From the NCBI GenBank assembly GCA_000182565.2, contig KQ257458.1: a stretch of 64,000 nucleotides of DNA, one strand, 5' to 3'. Source of the DNA: Spizellomyces punctatus DAOM BR117. Its lineage: Eukaryota. Made by a program: the position numbers and the translations under genes. Below, piece by piece: positions 50,277 to 60,600 of this stretch (positions are counted from its first letter, which is position 1; each line of letters begins with the position of its first letter). A model generated the notes under the pieces. That model saw only the letters and a program-made list of their open reading frames with translations, was not told the DNA's origin and did no database searches.

Positions 50277-51684
50277 ATGCCCTTTAAGCCTGTACCTACC
50301 AGAGTTTCATTGCCTTCTGTCAAGAAACCGCGCTTTTATCTGGGTACCACCGTTAGCACTAGACCCATTGCAGCGACAAGCGCCCAGAAACACAAGGATA
50401 AGAACACAGCCATGAGTCAGCAAGATGTAGAAATTCCTAAGCGGGCATTTGAGTTTCTTGGGTTTGGTGAAGAACGAGGCACCAAACCTAGGAGGTGAGG
50501 ACGAACTGCTATATTACAAAGTGATGATTTACTCTGGACGGGTCGTTGTATTTCCAGTCGAGGCATAACGGAGATTCGAGGACCCTACTATTCTGTAGTA
50601 GGCAAACGGTATCTCTCTGACGTACTGGAAACCTCTGGTCAATGGATCGACAGCCTCAAGGTGTACATCACTCCCCTATGATAATCTCCGTTCAACTAAT
50701 ATCAAACATGTAGTTCGCTGGCGGTTCATTTACTCTTCTTCCTGAGCGTGCCCTACGCGAACTTATCGACCTCGCCCATAGCCACAATGTCACGGTGTCG
50801 ACTGGAGGATTCATCGAACGGGTTTTGGTTCAAGGCACCGGTGTACAGGGTCGCAGAGAAATTGTTGATAAATACTTGGAGAAGTGTAAAGATGTTGGGT
50901 AAGCTCCAAGTTAAAGGGCTGGTCCAGGTTATCTGGCTTTTAACTGTTTGCTAGGTTCGATATTGTGGAACTGTCGAGTGGATTTATCACCTTACCTTTG
51001 GACGATTGGGCACGGTTAGTCGAACGTTGCCATGCCTTTGGAGTGAAACCTAAACCAGAGGTTGGAATACAATTTGGCGCCGGAGGGACTACGGAAGGTT
51101 TGTTCATAGTTCACGCATTCTGGAAAGATTAGTGAGTAACCGTTGGTCTATGTCATTAGCAAGTGTGCTTGAAGCTGAAGGAACAAAGGACGTGGATATC
51201 TTGATTTCCCAGGCAAGGCGCTTCTTGGATATGGGTAAGTCTTTCAACATTAGTTCAACAGGAGGACCAGCGTGTGAAATTGGGCCACGATGACAGGATG
51301 CGATATGATTATGATCGAAAGCGAAGGTGAGGGTCACAAACCTTTGACTTTATTCAACAAGACATTCATCCTATCAGTACGCAGGTATAACTGAAAGTGT
51401 TAAAACCTGGCGAACAGATGTTATATCCAAAATCGTCAGCGAGCTAGGTATCAAATGAAGGTGCATTACTTCATCTATCGTGACTGCTCACCTACAACCA
51501 AATAGGCTATCAAAAACTAATGTTCGAAGCCTCTGACCCTGAAGTCTTCACCCATTACATCAAGACCTATGGGCCAGACGTTAATCTCTTTGTAGATCAT
51601 AGCCAGATATTGCAGCTAGAGGGTGTACGACAGGGTATTTGGGGCGTAAAGGATGTTTGGGGGCGGGTTGCTTCATTCAAATGA
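50277..51684 (+). CDS. comA: Phosphosulfolactate synthase-like protein (ComA/HSA32 family); 8 exons, probable organellar presequence
   Basis: Introns 50495-50557, 50661-50713, 50899-50954, 51098-51159, 51235-51296, 51327-51384, 51448-51505 give KPRSRGITEIRGPYY...IDSLKFAGGSF...STGGFIE...VELSSGF...KPEVG...IMIESEGIT...LMFEA...GPDVNLFVDHSQILQLEGVRQGIWG. Confidence 0.9.
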
Positions 51685-52793
51685 GGAGGATGGCGCGGCT
51701 GGCATGGGATTATGGTAGAACATCCTAGCAAGCAGAAGAATTTCTGATCTGCAAGAAAAAGCCCCAGATACGGATCCTTTAAAAATATTCTTGATGAGAG
51801 AGAGATGCACAATCTTTCTCAACCTCCGCTTCTAGTTGTTTTTTTTTTTTTGTTTTTTTTCGACAGCAACTCAGATCGAAAAATCCCAAGGAAAAGTGGA
51901 CCGTTCATGGAGGAATAACTTTGTCGAACAAAAAGTGACCACGGATGTCAAGCAACGAGCCTGCCACCGATGCTGGGCATCCAGGCTTTGCTGTCCGACG
52001 TTGGAGAATCGTCTGTGCAGGAACACTCTTTTGACCAATGGATCCAACCGCTTGAGGTCCATCCAGGCTCCATTCAATACCCCAATGTCAAATGAGGCTT
52101 GCCCCTCAAAGTCCTCAGCAAACTTTGAAATTTTTTGTGTCCTGACTTGAATGTCACGATCATGCATTCCAATGCACATTTTAATGGTGAGTGCGAAAAG
52201 TCCCGACAGACTGTAAAGTGAAAGCGCAAAAATGGACCAGGAAAGACCAAAGGGCAAAGGATCAAAAATGAAAAACTAGGAAAAAGGTGAAATTATCTTA
52301 TGGTTTATCATGGCCAGCGAGCAAGAAAACATCAAGTTTGGGAAGCAAAAAAAAGAGGAAACGGCAGGAATTTTTAAGGCAAAGGAAGGTAGGTTGCGGG
52401 CAATCGGACCACTGTTACTCCCGCACAATGAACGGCTGAACCATGGAGGTTGTTTCTTGTCGTGGGGTCGTTGCTGACTTTTTTTGATTACGATTTTCAA
52501 AGTTTGCTAGCATTTTGCTTTTATCCCCATGTGGAGTTTGTTCATCGCCTTGTCCTACCCTGTCCGTTTTCCTGGTACACTCATCGAGAAATGGATGGCA
52601 GTTTTTTTTGTAAGACGGCAGCCGTCAAGGCAAGAAGGCAAGCATTCCTGCAAGGGTTTGGTCTTGTTTACTGTTCAACTGGCGTATTACTCGATCCAAA
52701 AAACAAAAAAAATATGGCTTTTAGTGGGTGTTGACCAGCTGCTTTACAATCACTGATTGTACAGAGTGGACAATAGAGCGAGCTGAAGCGTCA

Positions 52794-54923
52794 ATGATGG
52801 CCCTTCGACGTTTGCTTTCACATAATGGTACCCATGTCGGTATCCACAGGCGGCTCGAGATTGGCCCTCCACCGGATTACAGCGTGGTCGACTTTGGATT
52901 GATCGAGCGCATATACGGAACCTTTCTTGCTGTCTTGGCTGTGTGGTGGCTGGCCAGGTGCGTGGTTCTGAGCCGCTGCGGTGATTGCTTCTTTAAGCTC
53001 ATTTCTCGTTTTGTAGTTTGGGACTGTACATTCGTCGAAGACATACACCATGCATTGCAGAGGGAGGAGTGTATTTGACTGTCGTAGGAGCGATCAGTGG
53101 CTTTTTGGTTTGCGCTGATATGGGACTCCATGTGGTTTTAAAGAGATGGCCATGCAGTGCGACGATGTGGACAATCAATCTCGGTGTGGTAGGTTTTCAA
53201 CGTTCTTGTATAGGATGTTGAAGTGCTGTTAATAATATTGGTATCTACTTTAGTCCACTACTATCTTGACTATCTTCTTTCGGGGTGTCCTTGTATTTCG
53301 AAAATATAACCTCTGCCATTGGAAAGCATCCTTTTTTACGACCCTGTTCACCGACCCAATACCACGAGATCGGCCTCCAGTATCCTCAGCATCCTCCATC
53401 TCCGCCACTTCAGTAGCAACCTCGACAGAGGGCCTCGTTAGACCTAGAACCAGCCTAGGTCAACAGGACCAACAGCCAGCAGCAGTTACCTCCATGCGCC
53501 GTCGCCAGACCGAAGCCTCAGAACCCCATCTCACCAGCCACCTCGCGGTTTGGGTGACCCTCTTTGCAATATGGACGATCATCGCGCAAGTCCTGACAAG
53601 GCAAAACAGGCTGTGGCCTGCTGTCGATTACAGCGACACAAGTAACATGCGCTGCGCACTGGGATGGGAATATGCTCCCGTGACAGCCTTGTTGGCGCTG
53701 TACCTTTTCGTCGGATGTCCCCTCGCATCTATGAAACTGAGAGATGTGAATGATGCGTATGGCATTCGGACGGCGGTATGGACGGGAATTGCGGCGGGAA
53801 TTCCTGGTTTTCTATTTTACATTTTATGGGTCTTTTATGTTGAGCGGAAGTGGCCTGCAGTACTGGTTGTGTTCCCAGATCAACTCTGGGTAAGTTTTTA
53901 CATGCAAAGCTTCAACGTCATCAACGTTACAGCATCTCACTGTTTCTCCGTTTCCCAGACGATACTGGCTCAGGTAGCCAATCATGCAACAGCAGTCTTC
54001 GTTCCAGCTGTCAGATCTTTTACCGAGGAGAACCGGCGACGGAGCGTAACGCTCTGTCTCAACATGGAAAGCTTTCAGAAAGTTTTGAACAACCCAGTCT
54101 TGTTTGCAGAGTTCAAACAAGTTGCGATCGCTGGTGAGTATGCCCCTCAAATATGCCTACGTCCCAGGCATTGCGTGTCTTACGGTTTCTATCTGCAGAT
54201 TTTAACGTCGACAATGCACTCTTCTACGAGGAATATACATCCCTTCAAGATGCCGTTCTGGCCGCCTACACAAATTCTCCCAACACTACCGCACCAGCAA
54301 CAGCAACGCCATCTCCACGATCATGCTCAATATCCGAGACCCCGAACGGCATAGAATTAGAACCCATATCATACAACAAGCCCTCCGACATTGCACCATG
54401 GGTGGAGGAATCTCGGGATCCAAATTTCACATTACCTAGCCGCCCCAGCACAGTAGCCATTTTCGGACCCAGACGACGAAGTGTGGCTGATGCATGGTCA
54501 AAACGGAAAGAGCCGGTTATTGGATCATCTTCCAATTCTCCTTCCACAACCATCCAGGAACCTCCATCAACAATATGCAACCATACATCTCAGGTCCCAC
54601 GGGACTGGATCGTCCCACCACATCTCCTCGCTCGATTCCAGTCCTTCCATGATACTTTTACGAGTCGGAACGCGCCGCTAGAAGTTAACCTCCCGTCGTC
54701 AGTCGCAGACGTAATCCGCCAGGCGTTCATGAAGAGAGGATCCATTCATGTAGGAATCTTTGATGAAGCAGCAAAAGAAGTTGTTTGGAGCATGTTTGGA
54801 AATACTTTTCCGGCTTACTTGAAAGCCAGGGAAGAGGGGCCAAAGTGCACGGACCCAGATCGGTGGTGGAAAAGGTTTTGGGGTTGGAGACCAGGGAGAA
54901 GAAGAGCCGGTGTTGATGTGTGA
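52794..54923 (+). CDS. 7TM-RGS receptor (GPCR-like TM bundle fused to a split RGS domain); 5 exons
   Basis: Introns 52958-53016, 53189-53253, 53890-53958, 54134-54198; about seven hydrophobic helices with WPC and V.DAYGIR motifs; RGS box FQKVLNNP.LF.EFKQ.A..DFNVDNALFYE ... F....APLEVNLPS...IFDEAAKEV..SMF.NTFPAY. Confidence 0.85.
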
Positions 54924-55032
54924 CGGGACGAGGTACCCGGGAAGGAGGAAGGGTCTTTGTAAGAGTAGTGCGACTTGCTTTAATTTATTTATACGATTAG
55001 TTACAATAGAATAACTTAAGTTCCTCACCAAT

Positions 55033-55105
55033 TAGTGTATTAGCAAAAACAAATGTCAGTGCCTCCACACCAGGGAATAAACCGGCGACAACCGGTTCGG
55101 AAAAG
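55033..55105 (-). ncRNA. Candidate Fanzor omegaRNA scaffold / element right end
   Basis: Starts about 20 nt after the Fanzor stop; minus strand CTTTTCCGAACCGGTTGTCGCCGGTTTATTCCCTGGTGTGG...ATACACTA with a perfect AACCGG/CCGGTT hairpin (55080-55097); the 5' half resembles the SpuFz1 omegaRNA as I recall it, the 3' half is diverged. Confidence 0.6.
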
Positions 55106-55124
55106 CTAATCTAACCAATCTATG

Positions 55125-56523
55125 CTACGCTACGGCTGGAACACTCCTCCTGCTGAACACCTCTGGTCTACAGTGCCCATCCAACATTGATTGCACGATC
55201 GTTAGCATATTGCAGGTTGACAGCATATCTCGATTCCAGTAGCGCATCATCCAGGCTTGCTGCAAACAGTTAGGGTTGGCACAACCCAGCAATCCATGGA
55301 CTTTTTCAATCTTGCCTTTGTGACGGCGCCAAGGTCTTGAATGAGGTCATTGTTTGAAGCCTTTTTCAATGCCAGAGGAACAGTGAGGGCAGACAGATGA
55401 GGTCTTGTACTCATCAAGGAGGAAGCAGTTGATTCTGTTCCACTTAAAGAGGGTGTGCCAACCTTTCATCTTTGATGAGGTATGAAATCTTGCAGTTCGA
55501 CCGGCATCACTCCAATCACCCATCACAATGGTAAAGTTCCCAAACTTGTCACACAAGTTGGATATGAGGTTCGATTCACTCTTCTGATGGTTTATAAATG
55601 CATGCCACTTCCACCACATGTGGGCAGGATGCGAATAGAATTCCTTGCGACAATCCCAATCAGCGTGGCAAACAAGAAGGTAGCGAGTGAAGTCCATGAG
55701 GTTCATTGTTTTGTGGGATGGTATTCGTGATTCTATGAGATCAACTCCAGCTTCTTCCTTCATTGCTTCTAGTCTCTTTGCAAATCGACAGCTTCCAGTC
55801 TCCATGGCTCACTGGTTGGTGGTGTAGCGAAATGTCATACCATTGCTGTCTTGGCAGTAGAGAATGTCATGCTTGTTTGGGTCAATAATGATGACATTCT
55901 CTGCTGCTTGACAAGCAGGTAAGTTGTTCTCCACATAAAGCACTTTGGCCTCTGCCACCACCATGTTTGCTGACTTTCTTGCTCCATGCTTTCCATACTT
56001 GTCTGCTTCTGGGTGCTTTAGGTATACAGATACCGAGGTTCCATCTGTCATGATCGAGCCTTCAAACTGCATACTGCAGCGAGACCGAAAAGCTTTGGTA
56101 CATAGATTGCAGATGTGCAACCATAAATCAACCTTCTCTATGGCTTCTGCTTCTCGTCGTGTGATGCAAAGAACATGAGAGTAGAGGATGATGGTGTCGA
56201 TCCGCACATGGCTTTGGATGAGGGAGCAGTGAAGTGGGATGGCACTGAACTGTCGAAATCCATGCTTTTCATATAGGCTTGACACCCAACAGTATGCAGG
56301 AAAGAACATGAGAGGGTCTACAGCAATGGAATAGTGGCTGGTCATCAGAAAGGGGAATGTTAAGGGACCAAATCTCTTCTAGAAGTTCACTCTCTTCAGC
56401 AGTCAAGTCATCCAGCGATTCTGGCATGGTTTCGAAAAGGAAAACTGACTTTAAATAGCGTAGCTGAGTAAAGAAAGCTTTCTGTGCATCGCTTTTCAGT
56501 GGCAGCTGCCCTTTCCATCCCTT
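55125..56523 (-). pseudogene. Fz1: Fanzor1 RNA-guided endonuclease (SpuFz1-like), decayed and 5'-interrupted
   Basis: TDG.SVSV, RuvC-I IIDPN, GDWS, LLDEYKTSSVCPHC, CANPNC, RuvC-III YWNRD..STCNM, C-terminus RPEVFSR.SVPAVA*; TGA stops at 55809 and 55347, frameshift near 56335. Confidence 0.92.
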
Positions 56524-57123
56524 TGTAATGGATTTTTTATAGGTAGACTATGGTAAAGACAACTTGGGTCTCCTAGCAGGTTGTGTGGGTGTCCGTACTA
56601 GGAATCATAGTCTCCGAATCCTTTCTTTGGGCGTTGGTAGCGACTTAAGGGTGAGAGGCAAGGAGAGTCAGTTAGTTGTGAACCGAGCAGGATTTAGAGG
56701 CTTCTGTGTGGGTGATCAGGCTGTTGAAGCACTCTGTTAGGTTCCTGTTAACCTAAGATTGGAGTTGAGAAGCTAGTTGTGGGGATTTAGTGTTGCTACG
56801 GCTTCTGCCCACGACTTATTTTATTGAATACATCCTTTTTATACAAGATTCTTGGATAAACTGTTAAACTAAACTAAACTAATGGGTGCCGCTGCATCGC
56901 AACTGATTTATTGGTGGCAGTACCGATCTCTTCCTTTTCCACACTGGCTCGGGCCTCCACAGGTTGTACGAGGCATGCTGAAATCTAATGTGCCAATTGC
57001 CATTCTCCGAACCAGTTTTTTCAGTTGCGGTAACCCAATCGGTGGAGTTGGTCACGCGATTCGTGCTTCCCGCGTCCGATTTGGGCTTACTCATGATCTC
57101 TCGAAGACATCCTCATCATTACA
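56524..57123 (-). repeat. 3' LTR (600 bp)
   Basis: Bounded by the perfect 7-bp inverted repeat TGTAATG...CATTACA (TG...CA); abuts the PPT on one side and Fanzor coding sequence on the other. Confidence 0.85.
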
Positions 57124-57133
57124 TCCCCCCTTT
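57124..57133 (-). other. Polypurine tract
   Basis: AAAGGGGGGA on the minus strand directly before the TG of the 3' LTR. Confidence 0.8.
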
Positions 57134-57646
57134 GAAGAGCCAACGCACCGGCGCTCCGAGCGGGGGTGTTGGGATGTCAATTACCAGGTCGGTACCGGAT
57201 CTGTGGGGTCCGCTTCATCTGCATCTTGGTTCACGACCCAGATGATACTGGCACGGCCACTGATGTTGCAACAAAACCAGATTTGATCTGTTGCGGTATG
57301 AACGATGGTACCTGGGGTCACGTCAGGGCCAGTTCTGGTTACATAGAGGGCCGTAAAGGTCTCCGCGGCCCTTTTCAGGTTTGTCACGCGGAAATGGTAC
57401 TCTGCATGCTCGTGATGTCGGGGTCTGGTGAGCCTTGCAGAGGCTTCCGCTGCGTTTGCTGTCCTTAGGAGCACCATCCTAGCTGCTTCAATGATGGCAG
57501 ACGCAAACTCGTGGGCATCATCGTTCAGCCAATCGGTGAACGGAGCCATTTTTCGGCTTCCTGCCTCGTGTTGGGGAACCCCGCGGTCAAGCCAAGCGGC
57601 GCACGGAGCTGGGCGCCCTCTTTTTCCGGGTTTTTCACGTCAGCAA

Positions 57647-60600
57647 CTATTCCAACCACTGCTTCACCACCATCGGTGGCCTTGCTGTAGGGGTCCGCAA
57701 TGTGGTTTGTGAGGGGCTGGCCCACCGCGTAAGGTTTCGGAGCGTCAACTCCCAGCCAAAACTCATGCCCTGGAGTCTGCAGCGGCGCGTTGGGGTTGGT
57801 CCGAAGCTGATGAACCCAGGGTGAACCCAGGTAGCGATCGCAACCCCAAGGCGATCCAGCACGCCCTCGGCCTCGAAGTCACCTGAGTCTTCCTCCCAAG
57901 GGTAGCCAGACATGTACATGGAGGGTATGCTCACTCCTGCTTGTCCTCTGAGATCAGTGTTCATTGTGTTAGAAATGAAAGTTTTAGTTTCAGTGTCAAT
58001 AGAAGGGGTTTGCGAAGCAGAGTGAGTGTGTAAGGGAAGTAGGTCATGGGCGGTTGAAGAGGAACAAAGAGGGGGAGCATGCAGGGGCGTCCTTTTAAGG
58101 TCGTCACCGGCTGATTTTGACAGCTCAGATGCACATAAGCGTGATCGGGAGGCTTGGTGTGGCATTCTCGACTGGTGAGGTAAGCCACACAAAACTGGTT
58201 TTCTTTCTGGTGAGAGGGCGTGATTATCACGTGAGCTATTGTCCGGATAAACCGCGAAGCATTGGTGGTCGGAAGCATAAGCCGTATCTTCCGGGGTGTC
58301 GCCTGCAAGGCTGACTACCAAAGAGTCCTCTACTAGCGCGCTAGTGGGAGCTCTGGATCTCCAGTACTCTTCTAAGGCTTCAGAAGCCTCTGTTAGGGCT
58401 TCCTCTGGTTCCCAGGTATCCTCATGGGGTGGGTATCCAGACCAACATATTTGAAATTGACGTTTTCCATGCCTGGTTCAATGGTCTACTATCACTTCCA
58501 CTTCAAACTCGCCCTCTGAAGCGTCGGAATCCTCCGCTTGTGCTTCTGCAACCTTTTCCTCAGTTTTGGCGTTGACAGGCTTCTGGTACAGATGTAATTT
58601 TGATATGTGAAACCATGGATGAAGTCGTCTCATCTTGTCTGGCAGTTTTAACTCATAGTTGTCATGGAGAGGGTTACAGTCGGTCACCGTGACTGGTCCC
58701 AGCCATTTTGGGGCAATCTTGGACTCATACCCTGCTAGGTTTTTTGTGCTCAGAAGCACCTTATCTCCTCTCCGGAACTCCAAATGTTGTCGTGATAAAT
58801 CATAATATCTTTTCTGCAAATCCTGGGCTTCGATCATCAGATCTCGGATAAGGATGTTTAGGTTGCCGAGGTGTTTACAGAGCTCTTCTGCATCTGCATT
58901 TCTGGTTTCTGATGGCCTTTCGACGATATCCACCAGTGGATTGTGGGGCTCATAGCCTAGGTCCATTCTGAATCATGTCATTTTTGTCACCTTGTGTACT
59001 GTATCGTTGATAATGAATTCTGCAACCGGAAGAAAGGTGTCCCAGTCATCTAATCATGTGTTGACCATTGTGGTAAGGACCTGCAAGACCATTGCTTTGT
59101 CTCTCTCTGATTGTCCATCACCTTGAGGGTGGTAGGCTGTGGTGAGCTCTTGATTAATCTTTAGGTTTTTGCAGACCTCCTGCCAAAATCAACTCGTAAA
59201 CTTGGGGTCATGGTCCAAGATAATAGTCTCCGGAATGCTGTGCAATGGGATGTAGCATTCTATAAAGAGTTCCGCGACCTGAATAGCTGTCGCAGTGCTC
59301 TTGAGGGGCCATACGTGGATCCTCTTTGAGCATTTACATGCTATTAGCCAAAAGGCATCGTACCCTCTGGAAGTAAGTGGGAGCTTGGTTACGAAGTCAG
59401 TCGTGATGACTGTCCAGCGTCCCGGAGCTGGTGGTATGGGTTTCAGCAACCCCGGAATCAGTTGCGGTACCCTTTTTGAGCGTTGACAGATTTCACATCC
59501 TGTGCAGTGTTTTCTGAAATCTTGTGCCATCTTTGGCCACCAGACTTGCGCTGCAGCTCTGGCATAGGTTCTTTCGAATCCGAAGTGTCCTCCCCCCTCG
59601 TGAAAAAGCTTGCACACCTTGGGGGTGCAAGCAGGGGGCACGTAGAGGTGCCAAAGGTCTTCGGAGACTGAAAAATGGTGCCACAGCAGGTTATCTGCAC
59701 GTTGCCAGTCCTGAAGAAAGCGCGCGTTGGCTGTAGTGTAGGTGTCAGGGCTGGTCTCCCATAGGAGCGTGCGGGCCTGTTGGGCTATGGGGTGGAGCTG
59801 GCTGGTGAGGCCAGTGCGGATGGCAGCAATGAGTGCAGGCTGTAATGCCAGACGAAAGACGGCATCTGCCAGTGTTGAGGAAGGTGCAAGAGCCACTGGT
59901 GTGGTGCGCAGCCGTTGTCTTCCGCATTCCGCCACCCATATTTGGGTCGCGGTGGAGCAGAGGAGGGTTTCCGCTCCTAGTAGCCGTGAAAGTGTATCAG
60001 TGACAATGTGAAAACATCCTGGTTTGTGAACGATTGTCATCCATTCAGACCAGTAACTAAGATTGAGGGCCCAGCAGAGAAGCTTATGGTTCTCACCTTT
60101 GTATTTAGCGAGCCACAAAAGAGCTCGGTGATTGGTAATGACCATGAAAGGCAGGCCTTCGAGGTATGGGCGGAGTTTTCCGACGCCCCAAATGAGGCAT
60201 CCGGCCTCGAGTTCGATGGGGGGGGCCTTTTTTTCTGAGGTGGTGGTGCCTCAGGAATGGTAGCACAGCAGGCATTTAGAAGCATCCGGCTGTAACTGTT
60301 CGAGCATGACATTAAACGCTGTGTAGGAAGCGTCACTGTGAAGGGTGTAGGGGAACCCTTTTCTGGGTGCGGCAAGCACTGGAGCTGTTGTCAGAGCCTG
60401 CTTGGCGGCTGCGAAGGCAGAGTTTCGGGAATCGGTCCATGAAACTTCACACGCAATAAATCTGCGCAGACCTTGGTCGGGGCGCTTGCGAGCAAGGCGT
60501 CCGACACAAAAGGGGTCAATGGGCAAGTCCACCAGCGATGATTGGCATAGATTGACTGCCGGTTGGTCTGAGGAGCTAGATTTTGGATGTTGCGAAACCT

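Noticed and set aside
55347-56345. Reading the RuvC ORFs as bacterial IS605/IS607 TnpB contamination or Cas12
   Set aside because: Contiguous with intron-containing genes and a Gypsy element; the GDW plus DEYKTS rearranged site is Fanzor1-type; no TnpA or CRISPR array visible
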